From contig OX442314.1 in the NCBI GenBank assembly GCA_949358305.1, forward strand, positions 9,176,001 to 9,240,000: a stretch of 64,000 nucleotides of DNA, written 5' to 3'. The notes under the pieces are model-generated. The model was not told where the DNA came from. It made no database searches and saw only the letters and a list, made by a program, of their open reading frames with translations. The position numbers and the translations under genes were made by a program. The stretch comes from Strigamia acuminata (taxonomy: Eukaryota). Shown piece by piece: positions 49,391 to 61,433 of this stretch. Position 1 is the first letter of the stretch; every line of letters begins with the position of its first letter.

Positions 49391-51222
49391 TTATTCATTA
49401 TTAACTTCCAAGTGTGAATATATTTCCTATTGATTTTAATTCGATATTTGGGCATTGTGACATATGTAAATGAATGTAAAATTTTACAACGATTTATACA
49501 TTACTAATTTCGTGGCATTCGTACACATTGAAATGCATTTACAAATTAGCATAGATTTAATTAAAAATTTTGTGCATTTTTTTTCCTTACTTAACTTTTC
49601 AATTGTGCTCATTTCAAATACATTAAATTGTTGTTTGTTTTGCATTCTCTTTTATTTCTATTACACATTTCTTTGATTCATTTTTAAGTGTCAAATTCAC
49701 AAAATGTTAGAAGAAGAAAAAAGTTTGTACTTTAATACGAAAAGAAGAAGAAAAAAAAATGTTTTTGAAGACTTTTTTCTTGAAATAAAGTGCTTTGTGT
49801 TTTCTTTTTTCCAACTTCGGTGTTTGTCGTCATTTCATCAAAATTTTTGTTGCTTTAAATTCATGGCCGCGCAGTAAATTACGGTGGTCGGGAGGAGACA
49901 TTTTTCTTGTGCTGCTCCTTACACGACAGTGCAGTCAAGCGGAATTTCGGGCAGAGTTTTTCATTAATTTGAACCGTTCGACTCAATCTTGCGGCTTCTG
50001 ATAATTTACTGGTTCGCTATTAGAATTTATGGCCAAAGTGTAACGGAAACATGCAAAGCCGAGCGGAAGATGAAAAAGACAAACGCTCTGTGTTTAGTTT
50101 TCATCATTTTTTTTTTTGGTGGAAAAATAATAATAAACGGAAGGAAATGTCAACAATGTGAAATTAAATTTTGATAATAAAAAAAAAATTTGCTTAAAAT
50201 ATTTGTCTCTTATGTAAAAAATAATTACTTTAAACGATTAATGCAGGATTCATAAGCAGTTTCCTACGTAGGAAACCAGTCTGCACACAGAAATTTTGCC
50301 TACAGAAAAAACCGGTACTCACAAATTTCATTCCAGTCTTGGAATGTCTGCGAGATATGTTCTGTGGCGTAAAAAAAATTAACTTTCTGGCATGTCGATG
50401 CAACGGAAAGCTGATCTTCGTTTCCAGGCACAGATCTGTGACACCGAAAGTGGAGATCGGTCTTGACAATTTGTGACCGGTCGTAATTTTTTTTAACCGG
50501 TTTCAAATATGGCAGCTGGCAGCAATCAGTTCTGTCAACAAATACAAACAACTGTATATTCTATTTATAAAAATAGATTATTAGTTTATAAATAAAATTA
50601 CAAATTAAAAACAAACTAGCAATCTTACTCCAAAAGTAGCTTTAAAAATTTTTATTGGCATCCATCTTGTTTCTTTTTCATGGCCATTCACTATTTCTTT
50701 TCTGTTGCATAGAACTGTGAGTACCACAAAAAGTCTGGCTTGACAGACTAGCACATGTTCTGCTACCAGATGATTCTGATAGGATTTTCTGTCATGTCTA
50801 TACATACAGAAAAGTCTGTGGGCATTAGCGGTTAGCGGATGATCTTATGAGTACTAATCTTTACGGCAAAAAGAGATATAAATATTAAATACGGGGTTGG
50901 TTCTATCGATTGTACTTCAACACTTAATTAGAATATCATTGTCTGAATTAGATGAAACAAAAAGGTGATACAAATTCGTAGTTTAACATTTTAATTTGAT
51001 TTTAGAATTTGTAACACCACGACATCAATGCAAGTTATGGTACTTGTTAAAATGTACTCTGTACAATCTTTGTAAACGTTACTTTACAAAGCTGAAAGTT
51101 CAAATTTACATTAACGTTTCAGCAATTAAAAGACGTTTAAAGCCAGTCACATCCGGCCAAGTTCGCATTACCGTACACAAGCCGGTCAACTTGCTTCTCT
51201 TAACCTGTATGATCCGTCGAAA

Positions 51223-51436
51223 ATGAAATATCTAATTATTTTGGTCTTAGTTATTCTGTCGTTTATGGGTAAGTTATATTTTTTACAAAAATAATTCATT
51301 CATTACTGAGCATGTTTCATTCTGATTAGCAATCACGGTTCGTTCGCAATACTGTTGGGTTGATGGTGGTTGTTCAATATCCTGCCGTAGTGGTAGTGGT
51401 CGATGTGTCAATGGTGGCTGCATTTGCGCTGGATAA
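51223..51436 (+). CDS. Two-exon secreted CS-alpha/beta defensin or scorpion short-toxin-like peptide precursor (50 aa)
   Basis: join(51223..51268,51330..51436) with a 61-nt phase-1 intron G|GTAAGT...TTAG|. Protein MKYLIILVLVILSFMAITVRSQYCWVDGGCSISCRSGSGRCVNGGCICAG*. Hydrophobic signal peptide, C-x5-C-x3-C-x6-C-x4-C-x-C framework with GxC, and AATAAA at 51474 and 51502. Confidence 0.88.
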
Positions 51437-52594
51437 ACTTGAGGAAAAGGCCAAAATTGTCCAAACCCGTAAAAATAAAAATGTAAACAATTTGAAATAT
51501 CAATAAAAATTAAAGAATAAAATTATACCGAATTTTGTCGCTTAAATTGATCCATTTAATTAAAATTAATTAAACAACTGCAACTGCCTTGTTGGGCCAG
51601 ATTGTCCGAGAAGTGTTGGCGGTGTGTTGTAGGTGCTCAGAAACCTAGGAAACACTTATTTGTTAATAATAGCAGTAGGAAGGTTGTTGCTATGGGTTTC
51701 TAAGTTGCTATACTAGTTATTGTTGATATGTTTTATTGTCGTTGTGTTTGGTTGCTTGGCAATTGTAGTTTGTAGCTTTACAAGAGTTTACTGGGTTTGA
51801 AACAAAACACTTTTTTTGGGTTTATGAGTTGTCTGTGAGACTGTTTCTTCCAACTTTGTGGGATTTTTGTAAATAGCGACAAATGGATGACCTGATTGCA
51901 GTGTTCAAAAGATTCTCACTTATGGTTTTGTTGCTATCTATTGGTGGTATTAAAACGTTGCTTTGAGTGGTTTAGTGAAGCTCTAGATAGCACGTATAGT
52001 ATTCTGTGGATTCCTCTTGAAGCCGTAGTCGTGATGAATGTCAAAATGTCAATCGCATTACGTTGGAAAAGCAAATTAAAGGGATACTGCAATGAAATTC
52101 TAAAATCTCTGAAAAATCTGTTTAAAATGTAGAAAATGGTGAAACAATAGGTTTAATACACAGGAATACTTAGGTTTGAAGTGGATTTAATCGGTTTTCA
52201 TTTTATAAAAAATTATTTTGAAATTTGAAATTTGGCCACGTGATATTTGTAATTATTGAGTCAAAAATATTTTTTTAAATTTTTAAATTTTTAATTTATA
52301 TGTATATGTTCTGAGCTTATTTCACTGGGAAAAAAATGTAAATTGCCAAATATTTCCAAGTTGGAAATTTATATTGAATAATTTGAATTTACTATTTTGA
52401 GAAAATTTGATGTAAATATGTTGGAAATATTTGGATATTACCAATGTTTCATAAATGTGTTGTAAATAGCTGAAATGAAAACTGTCATTTTACATTGATT
52501 GTAAAACAAATGTAAAGCAAGAAAATACATGAAATTTAAATGTAACATTTAAATATCTGAATCGTAACAAGAACATCGTAAAATACGGTCAGGA

Positions 52595-52725
52595 ACAAGA
52601 AAATTGCATTAAATTTGAACTCAAAAAAGAAAATTGCATCGAATTTGAACTCAGAAAAGAAAATTGCATCAAATTTGAACTCAGAAAAGAAAATTGCATC
52701 AAATTTGAACTCAGAAAAGAAAATA
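52595..52725. repeat. 30-bp tandem repeat (aagaaaattgcatcaaatttgaactcagaa)
   Basis: About 4 copies. Confidence 0.9.
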
Positions 52726-52889
52726 ATGTTTAAAACCGATGGGGACAATATGAAATAATATTTCCAAATGGTCTTTTTCCTAGACTGTAAAAATGTTGAG
52801 AAAAAACTTATTTTCAATTGATCGTAAATCTAATTTCCAAATTTGTAAAATCCATCTGCTTTTATATTTACAATTCTTTACAAGTGAGT

Positions 52890-53406
52890 TAGGGATGAGA
52901 ACGGGACCGGGACCGGGACCGGGACCGGTCCCGGTCCCGTCCCGGTCCCGCAGCGGGATTCGGGACGGGACGGGACTGGATAAATCTATTTCACGGGATT
53001 CGGGACGGGACGGGACTGATAATTTTTGCCTTATGCGGGATTCGGGACGGGACGGGACTTGGTGAAGTTTCATTTTATCATATTTATTGATCATATTTGA
53101 TCATATTTGATTAAATTTGATCATATTTGATCATATTTGATCACATTTGATCATATTTTAACGTTATACGCGCGTATTACGTTGACGTTATACGCGCATA
53201 TTACGTTCTGGACTCGAAAAATCGGCACATTTCGGGACACGGGACGGGACGGGACGGGAAAAATTTGGACATTCGGGACACGGGACGGGACGGGACTGAA
53301 AAAATTTGGACATTCGGGACACGGGACGGGACGGGACGGAAAAAATTTGGACATTCGGGACACGGGACGGGACGGGACCCCAAAATTGGTCAAGTTCTCA
53401 TCCCTA
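52890..53406. mobile_element. hAT (Ac/Ds-like) non-autonomous element
   Basis: Perfect 13-bp TIR TAGGGATGAGAAC / GTTCTCATCCCTA. Perfect 8-bp TSD AAGTGAGT at 52882-52889 and 53407-53414. Many subterminal CGGGA repeats. Confidence 0.92.
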
Positions 53407-54534
53407 AAGTGAGTAAATCTGCTTTTTTTCTCCATCCCATGTTAGGTCATGTAATGACAACCTTCAATAACAGTAAATATAATTACTTCACGCAAGCAGG
53501 TGGAGGTTCAGTGATGACATAATATGGATTACCAAATCATGTAATAACTTCCCTTAAACGTTTATAAACCATTAGAAAACAACCACACTGATGTAATTTA
53601 ATGCACAGATCACGAATATCACATTTAAATCATCATCAAATAATCACATCACACTCAAAATCAATTTTTAATCGATTTTTCTCCATTTTTCTTCAATTAA
53701 TCGTATCCAAACTCCAAACAAATATCAATTTTAATAATTTTATTAACCACACTTTGCTATTACACGACAATAATAAAATTCCACAAAATTAAATACAAAT
53801 TCCACTCAAAACGTCAAACTTGCAGATATTTAACACATTTAAAACTCCAATTTAAAACTTTTAATCCCACATTTTCATCTTGCAAGCAATTTTTTTCTTC
53901 CTTTTTTCTATTTCCACTTCCATCACATGTGCAGGGCCTGCAGGTCATTTTTTACACTTCACTTGAAATATCCTTTCCTTTTATTTCATCCGATCACTTA
54001 TTGCTTCCTCTTAACCCCATTTCAGTCCCTTTTGCAAGCGTTCATTGTCTTGAATTTGAAATGGAACGAGAGAACAATCGAGAAAACACACTCGAAAAAA
54101 GAATCGCATTTTAAAATGCATTGAACAAGTTCAATTGGCCAAAGAGTTGCATTGTGGGCGATGACTCTTTGGGATTAGTGTTGAACTTCCGGCGAGGACT
54201 CCGGGGATTATGGTAGGGTAGGTAATTGCTTCTAGTGCTTGGACCGACCGACAGATGGTGTCCTCCATCTCGAATCAAACATCCGGTTTAATCCGAGGGA
54301 TTGAATGAAAGTTTGGAAAAAATGTCCTCGTGAGTGAGTGCGAGTGCTCGTGCTCGGATGTGGCCATATTGTGTTGTTGACATGTCAGATCTGGGCTAAT
54401 TTTCTCTTTATCCGTTGAATTGAATCAGGGGGCGAAGATTGTTATTAATGGAAATTCGTCTTTTGTTGCTCTTAATGGAATTTTAAATTTTAATTTATAA
54501 ATTTTAATAAAAATTTATTGTTTTTTTCAATTTT

Positions 54535-54770
54535 AAAATTCATTTTCTGGAACCGAATATTCATTTTATGGAGAGAAAATTCATTTTTTGTGACCAAAAA
54601 TTCATTTTTTGTGACCAAAAATTCATTTTATAGACAGAAAATTTATTTCTTGGTTGGAAAATTTATTTTTTGGATGAAAAAATCATTTTATGGACAGAAA
54701 ATTAATTTTTTGTATCAAAAATTCATTTTTTGGACCAAAAATTCATTTTTAGACCGAAAATTCATTTTTT
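54535..54770. repeat. ~21-bp minisatellite (aaaattcatttttt...)
   Basis: Degenerate tandem copies. Confidence 0.8.
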
Positions 54771-56159
54771 GAAACCACGAACATTCAATTTTTCTACAAA
54801 AAACATTAAGTGCATTGAACATTTTTATTTTTACTATTTTGGGATTTTTTAAACCAGAATGGACACCAAAAACATCCATAAACAGTCATTAAAAACCTCA
54901 AAACCAAACGAAAATAAACAAAAACACGGTGGTTTTTTAAGCGGGATTATATCGGGTTTTAGTTTTTACAATCAAATTCAAAAATGGCTGCGACGGCAGT
55001 GTTAGAACAAGAGCAAGGGATCGAAGTTTCAACCGTCAAAATGGGCTTTCAGGCGAAGCATCCACCACCTAAAACGTGAGTAAATGCATAATTATACATC
55101 CAAATAACTCGACCGCAACCACAATCCTTTAGTTCTCTGAAAATAAAAGCATTTTTAATCGCCATTATAACACAAGGCAAGGCCGAGGCACAAAAATGTC
55201 CATTTCTGTCCATCAAACCATGAAAAACAGCAAAAACAGAAATTTTAATTGCACTAAGCAATTTTAAAATATAAAAAAAAAATAAACGTTGACAAATGTT
55301 GAAAATTTATATTAATTAATTTATAAAATAAAAAAAATTTTCCATTTTACTCACGAGTCGTATTTATATTCATATTCAGTTGCGCAAATCAAGTTATTAT
55401 CATTAAAAGAGAAAGAAAAACGCATAGCCTTCAGGAAGGCATGCAAAATGCTTGAAAATGATGAGTTTTTAATTTTTGAAATATTACACTTTACCCAAAC
55501 TCATTTTTCTCTCCGTTTTTTCCTAAATCGTCGCCCGGAGATGGCGGCGACACGCGCGCCAAAGAAAAGCCAAAACGACGTGTCTAATGACTCTTTCCCA
55601 CACGTGTGATTGAATTTCTATCCATTTTTGATTGAATCCGCTCGACAGATGAATTTTTACACCTTTTTGCGCAATTTTAAATGGTTGGTCGTTGTGTAGA
55701 ATAACAGTTGTAATTGGATTTGAATGGACAGCGAATATAAGTGAATTAGAAGTTGAAATGAAAGTTTGGATCGATGCAATTTGTGATTAAAGGCGAAGAA
55801 AGTTAAGTCGTTAGGCGTTGAGTGTGGTGACAAAGGGGTTTAGCATAGGTATGAGTGCAATTTATTATACTGGAAACAGATAAAATGAAAATCTGGGCGT
55901 GATTCACATTGAGGCATGAGGGAATTAAAATGGGATCACGACGTCCGAATGATTAATTTCATTTCGCCACTTCAGTTTGAAGGGCGAACATGTCAATTTG
56001 TTTAATTAGTGCGTTTTAATTCCGTCGAGTTTTCTTTGTTTTGGGGTTTTTTTTGGATTTTTAATTAGGGAAAAAGATTGTGGGGATGGATTGTGTAAAT
56101 TAATTTTTAGATATTGACGTGGTTTGATGGAGTGAGTGTAAAACGAGAGGTTTTGAGAA

Positions 56160-56822
56160 TAATGTGCAGTTTTACGTGGAAAAATGAAGAATAATATGCA
56201 GTTTTGCGTGCAGAAATGGCTTGTTTTGAGTTAATTATATAGTTTTACGTGGAAAAATGAACCCGTTCTGGGTTAATTGTGCAGTTTTACATGCAAAAAT
56301 CCTCTGTTTTAAGAAAAATATGTATTTTTACGTGAAAAAATACCCCGTTTTGAGTTTATTATGCAGTTTTACGTGGAAAAATACCCTGTTGTGGGTTTAT
56401 TTGTGCAATTTTACTTGCAAAAATGTCCTATTTTGAGTTATTTATGCAGTTTTACCTGCAAAAATTTCCTATTTTGAGTTATTTATGCAGTTTTACCTGC
56501 AAAAATGTTTTATTTTGAGTTATTTTTTCAGTTTTACACGCAAAAATGCTCTGTTTTAAGAAAATGTGCATTTTCAGGTGAAAAAATACCCCGTTTTCAG
56601 TTTATTATGCAGTTTTACGTGGAGAAATACCCCGTTGTGGGTTTATTTGTGCAATTTTACTTGCAAAAATGCTCCGTTTTGAGGAAAATATGCTGTTTTA
56701 CGTGCAAAAATGTCTTATTTTGAGTTATTTATGCAGTTTTACCTGCAAAAATGTTTTATTATAAGTTATTTTTTCAATTTTACACGCAAAAATGCTCTGT
56801 TTTAAGAAAAATATGTATTTTT
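56160..56822. repeat. ~42-bp minisatellite, resuming at 61434-61540 after the retrotransposon
   Basis: Units of gcagttttacgtg(c/g)aaaaat...gttttgagt. The reconstructed empty site matches the unit at 56311-56354. Confidence 0.88.
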
Positions 56823-56983
56823 TGTGAGTGTACGTGTGTGTGCAGAAAATGTAGGAAGAAGAAAGCTTTTTCAACAAGAAACTGATGAGATGTATATTCA
56901 ATACAAGTAACACAATAATACAGAACATGCGCGCAGTGCGCGTTACCAAGCAACTTAAACTATGATAACATATATATCTCACA
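56823..56983 (-). repeat. 3' LTR of the copia element
   Basis: Identical to 61273-61433 and adjacent to the PPT. Confidence 0.97.
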
Positions 56984-57087
56984 AATCCCCCTCATAGGTT
57001 ATCATTTGTTTAAACTTAAAAAGAAAACTAACTCTAACAACAAACATGAATGAAAGAGAAAAACGAATAAAATATTAACAACAAAAA

Positions 57088-60000
57088 TTATTGTTCTTCT
57101 TCTTTCATCTTGGCATCATCTTGAAGACCCACACGATCACGGCCTTCTTCAAACTTGTCCTTTGCCAGCGGTTTAGTCAAGAAATCCGCAACCATTTCTG
57201 CTGAAGGAAGGTGGACCAGCTTGATATTTCCCAATTTTAGATCGTCCTTAATAAACATCATATGTCGATTCATATGCTTGGTCCGCCCAAACTGGTTTGA
57301 ACCACAAAGAACTTGAATGCCGGGTGTGCAGTCAGTGTAGATTGGTACGCATCTTGGCACGCAATCCCCCTCACCGACCTCGCTTAGGAAATCTCTTGCC
57401 CATTTGATTATTTTGAGCAGTTCACAAATCGCAAGTATCTCGCTCTCGGTGGTGGACATCGCCACCAAACGTTGTCTTTTCGTTTTCCATCCGATAGTTG
57501 CGTCGCCGATCTTTAAAATCAAGCCCGTGTGTGACTTAGCATCTTGGGTTACACACCAACTTGCGTCCGCGAATCCTTGTAAGCTTCCTTCTTTGCTTGA
57601 GAAGAACAAACGCAAATCTTTTGTACCGTTGACATAACGCAAAACGCGTTTCGCTGCTCGAAAGTGCAGTTGGCGAGGATCTTTGGAGAAAGCTGAGAGA
57701 GCGCTCACAGCATATGACAAATCCGGACGAGAAACAATCATCAGGTGCATCAAAGAACCGATGATCTGCTGGTATAAATTCTGATCAACCTTCTTTGATT
57801 TGTCGAAGTCCTCCAAATCCTGTCCTGTTGCCATCGGCGTTTTCGCAGTGATCCCATTGAGTAAGTCAAATTTTGTCAAAATGTCGTTTACATATTTTTG
57901 TTGTCCCACGTATACTCCGTCCTTAGTGACCGAAATTTCCATTCCGAGAAGGAAGTGAACTTCCCCCATGTCGACTATTTCGAAAACCTTCTTTAGTCGT
58001 TTTAGTATCCGATCAAGAATTCTTTGTCTCGTGAAAGCAGCCAAAATATCGTCCACGTACACGCCCAAAATTATGTAGTCATTTTTATGTCTATAAATAT
58101 AGACACACCGGTCGTTTATGAGCGGTTTCAAGCCAATCTTGATCAGTTCCTGGTCAAGTCGCTCGTTCCAGCATCGCCCCGACTGGCGCAACCCGTACAG
58201 GCTGCGTTCCAGTCGGCAAACGAGATCGTCTTGCTCGTAACCTTCCGGTTGTTCCATAAAGATGACTTCGTCCAACAATCCGTAAAGGTACGCGGTCTTA
58301 ATGTCGAACTGTCGCGTCAACAGTCCGTGTCTGGCTATCATCGAAAGTATGATCCGGAGCGACTCCATCCTCACTACGGGCGAAAAAGTCTCCGTGAAAT
58401 CCACACCAGGTCGTTGGGAATACCCCACCGCCACCAGGCGTGCCTTATACTTATTGACGCTTCTGTCGGCATTAAGTTTAATGCGGAAAATCCATTTGCT
58501 TTTCACCGTCACTGTCTGTCTTTCCCTCTTTACAAGTGTCCATACTTTATTGATGTGTAGAGAATTAATCTCGCTGTCCATCGCTTCTTGCCATTTCTTT
58601 CTGTCATTGCAGTTTACCGCCTCTACGTAAGTTTCAGGAGTGAACAGCTCTTCCACACACTCTATTGCAGCATTGACCGCCTCTTGTTGCGCTGCTATGC
58701 GCTCCGAGCGTCGCACTCCCTCTTGTTGCAATCGCTCTTCGCGCTGCGCAAGCTGTTCCGCCAGTCTCTGCTCAAGCGCCGCTTTCGTCGCGCCCCTGGG
58801 TCGCCCCACCTGCACCGGCTGAAGTGGCTGCGGTGCGGCGTCGTCAACAGCGATAACCGGGTGTTCGACCTCGTCTTGAGCGTCCTGCAACTCGTTCACC
58901 GGTTCAACAGGAAAAATGGCGTCTTCCTCTTCTTGGCAAAAACGTTGCTTTGCCCCCTCATCGTTTAAACCAAAAACGTCTGCACCTCGCACCTCCTCAT
59001 TGAATCCTACCGTCCTGCCCTCTTCTACTTTACCGTCTTTCGGAACGTAAATTCGATAGGCTTTCCTGTCGACTGAATAACCGACAAATATGCCGTGTTT
59101 GGCTTTCGGATCCAATTTCCGTCGCTTTTCCTCCGGTATGTGCAAAAAGGCTTCGCAACCAAAAATCCGCAAGAATGCAACTGTCGTCTTGTGTTTCGAC
59201 CATAACTCCTCGGGTGTAAAATCCCCATTCGGCTTGGTAAACGATCTATTTTTGACATAGACCGATGTGGCGATCGCTTCGGCCCAAAACTTCAAAGGAA
59301 GGCCCGATTTGATTAGCAGTGTCCGAGCCGCCTCTACCAGCGTACGATTCGCTCTCTCAGAAATTCCATTACTAGAAGGATTAAAGGGAACCGTAAGCTC
59401 GTGCAGAATGCCCTCAGATTCGAAAAAACGCTTGAAATTTGCATTGACAAATTCCCCACCGTTGTCACTTCTAAACCTTTTGAGTTTGTAGCCAGTTTGC
59501 TTCTCTGCCATGTTCTTGAATATTTCAAAATGTTCAAAGCATTGAGATTTCTCCCGCAAGAAAAACGCGAATTTTTTGCGTGTAAAATCATCAGTTAGAA
59601 TCAAAGCATACTTGCTGCCTCCCAGCGATGCAGTCTGAAACGGTCCAACCATATCCCCATGAATAAGTTGCAAAACTTCAGATGACTGCTTCCCCTTGAC
59701 TCTTTTGTACGGGCTTCTCGTCATTTTTCCCAACGTGCATGCAGTGCATTTTTCCAAATGCACGTCCGCATATTCCAGCCCGTGCACAATCTGTTTGTCT
59801 CGCATTTTATCTATTGCACGCTCATTTAAATGACACAGTCGCTCATGCCACAATTCCTTGCTGGCTGGGCGAGGTTGCACAGAAACTGCGTTGGCTTCCT
59901 CTCCAACCCATTGGTGCAGTAAATACATGCTGCCATTTAATGTTCCTGTTGCAATCGTCATTCCTCTTGGGTCCTTAATTTCCGCGACTTTATTGTTGAA

Positions 60001-61152
60001 TGAAATCGCATAATTATTAGCGGTAAGACGTGGAATTGACAACAGATTGCCTTTCAACTCTGGCACAAATAAGACGTCGAGGAGCAAAATCTTCATGAAT
60101 TCCGTTTCTGAAAGCTTGCATCTCAAAATGATATTCCCTTTCCCCGTAGCCAACAATTTTGCGCCCTTTTTGGCTGTGGTGACCACTGCTTCGATTTCCT
60201 TGAAAGTCCCAAACAATTCCCGTTTTCCAGACATATGCGCCGACGCGCCGGAATCGAGAATCCACTCGTCTTGACAATCGTCGCCGCCCAAATCGACGAC
60301 AAAAGCATGCTGGATAACCGCTTCCTGTTGTGCTATTTTTGCCGTGGCTGCCTCTCTTGGTCGTTGTGACGCTGGACTCGGCCTCTTTTCGGGGTAGCGC
60401 TGCCAACAATTCTTGGCAATGTGGCCACTTTTACCACATTCATAACAGGCTGATTTTGAAACGTTTTTCAACTTCTTGCCGCCCGAATTACGTCCCACCT
60501 GCGCCTTGAACGCAACCGTCACGTTGTCCACGGTCTGTCCCTTTGAGTGGAATGTCGCCCACTGATCTTCCATTTTCAGTGACCGTCGCAAATCTTCAAA
60601 TTTCGCGTCTGCCGCGTCACGATAATTTCGTGCAATATTGCCATATTTTGGCAAAAGTCCTCGTGTCGTGTAATGAAGAATCTCGCGGTCCGAAACAACC
60701 TTTCCTACCGCTTTGGCTTTTGCCTGAATCGACTTGGCCCTGTTCAAGTAACCATCCGTCGACTCGTCGTGTCTCATGCGCAGCTCCGCAAGTTCCGAAC
60801 CAGCGTCAATTTGTCGCTCTTCCGTGGTACCTGCGTACTGCGCTTTCAACGCCTCCCAAAGCGCCTTGGCCTCGGTAAAAGCCATACAGTTTGTGGCTTC
60901 TTCGTCCGACATCGTTAAAACTATAATCCCTAAAGCCTCGTCATTATTTTTGGCCCACGCTTCGTGCTTCTTCAGCGCGTCTGCATACGTTGCATCCGTC
61001 GCGTCGGGCACTATCGGCTCCGGTTTCGTGATGACGCCTTTCAAACCTTTTGCAGCTAGAAGTGTCCCCACTTTGAATTGCCAAGTAAAATAGTTTTGAG
61101 GTTTTAGAAGTTCAATTCGATTCAAAGATGTACTTGCAATCGCATCCGCCAT
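57088..61152 (-). CDS. Copia Gag-Pol polyprotein (1354 aa)
   Basis: CCHC knuckle CYECGKSGHIAKNC, protease WILDSGA, integrase WHERLCH..CTAC..RSDNGGEF, RT YVDD and RNase H FADASW. The PR-IN-RT-RH order is diagnostic of Ty1/copia. Confidence 0.97.
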   Translation of the reverse strand: MADAIASTSLNRIELLKPQNYFTWQFKVGTLLAAKGLKGVITKPEPIVPDATDATYADALKKHEAWAKNNDEALGIIVLTMSDEEATNCMAFTEAKALWEALKAQYAGTTEERQIDAGSELAELRMRHDESTDGYLNRAKSIQAKAKAVGKVVSDREILHYTTRGLLPKYGNIARNYRDAADAKFEDLRRSLKMEDQWATFHSKGQTVDNVTVAFKAQVGRNSGGKKLKNVSKSACYECGKSGHIAKNCWQRYPEKRPSPASQRPREAATAKIAQQEAVIQHAFVVDLGGDDCQDEWILDSGASAHMSGKRELFGTFKEIEAVVTTAKKGAKLLATGKGNIILRCKLSETEFMKILLLDVLFVPELKGNLLSIPRLTANNYAISFNNKVAEIKDPRGMTIATGTLNGSMYLLHQWVGEEANAVSVQPRPASKELWHERLCHLNERAIDKMRDKQIVHGLEYADVHLEKCTACTLGKMTRSPYKRVKGKQSSEVLQLIHGDMVGPFQTASLGGSKYALILTDDFTRKKFAFFLREKSQCFEHFEIFKNMAEKQTGYKLKRFRSDNGGEFVNANFKRFFESEGILHELTVPFNPSSNGISERANRTLVEAARTLLIKSGLPLKFWAEAIATSVYVKNRSFTKPNGDFTPEELWSKHKTTVAFLRIFGCEAFLHIPEEKRRKLDPKAKHGIFVGYSVDRKAYRIYVPKDGKVEEGRTVGFNEEVRGADVFGLNDEGAKQRFCQEEEDAIFPVEPVNELQDAQDEVEHPVIAVDDAAPQPLQPVQVGRPRGATKAALEQRLAEQLAQREERLQQEGVRRSERIAAQQEAVNAAIECVEELFTPETYVEAVNCNDRKKWQEAMDSEINSLHINKVWTLVKRERQTVTVKSKWIFRIKLNADRSVNKYKARLVAVGYSQRPGVDFTETFSPVVRMESLRIILSMIARHGLLTRQFDIKTAYLYGLLDEVIFMEQPEGYEQDDLVCRLERSLYGLRQSGRCWNERLDQELIKIGLKPLINDRCVYIYRHKNDYIILGVYVDDILAAFTRQRILDRILKRLKKVFEIVDMGEVHFLLGMEISVTKDGVYVGQQKYVNDILTKFDLLNGITAKTPMATGQDLEDFDKSKKVDQNLYQQIIGSLMHLMIVSRPDLSYAVSALSAFSKDPRQLHFRAAKRVLRYVNGTKDLRLFFSSKEGSLQGFADASWCVTQDAKSHTGLILKIGDATIGWKTKRQRLVAMSTTESEILAICELLKIIKWARDFLSEVGEGDCVPRCVPIYTDCTPGIQVLCGSNQFGRTKHMNRHMMFIKDDLKLGNIKLVHLPSAEMVADFLTKPLAKDKFEEGRDRVGLQDDAKMKEEEQ

Positions 61153-61272
61153 CTTCCTTGTTCGATCGTTACGCCTTGTTTTTCAATTCTTCTTTCACCG
61201 CAAATTCTCCACAAATCGTCGCCAAAATGGAACGTTTCTATCTTGCAAAGAAACCAGACTCCTGCTACCACT

Positions 61273-61433
61273 TGTGAGTGTACGTGTGTGTGCAGAAAAT
61301 GTAGGAAGAAGAAAGCTTTTTCAACAAGAAACTGATGAGATGTATATTCAATACAAGTAACACAATAATACAGAACATGCGCGCAGTGCGCGTTACCAAG
61401 CAACTTAAACTATGATAACATATATATCTCACA
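61273..61433 (-). repeat. 5' LTR of the copia element
   Basis: Identical to 56823-56983 and followed on the minus strand by AG and then the PBS. Confidence 0.97.

Larger units (their letters stand above)
56823..61433 (-). mobile_element. Full-length Ty1/copia LTR retrotransposon (4611 bp)
   Basis: Two identical 161-bp LTRs (TGTGAG...CTCACA) and a 5-bp TTTTT TSD. PBS TGGTAGCAG (tRNA-iMet) at 61270-61262, PPT ATGAGGGGGATT at 56995-56984, and a single intact ORF. Confidence 0.97.

Noticed and set aside
50759..50768. 10-nt TCTGCTACCA match to the tRNA-iMet 3' end
   Set aside because: Too short to distinguish from chance.
51575..51700. Possible second defensin-like remnant (CW...RCVVG)
   Set aside because: No six-cysteine framework, signal exon or splice sites.
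57404..61093. Antisense and nested ORFs within the copia element
   Set aside because: Shadow frames of a GC-richer coding sequence with no independent motifs.
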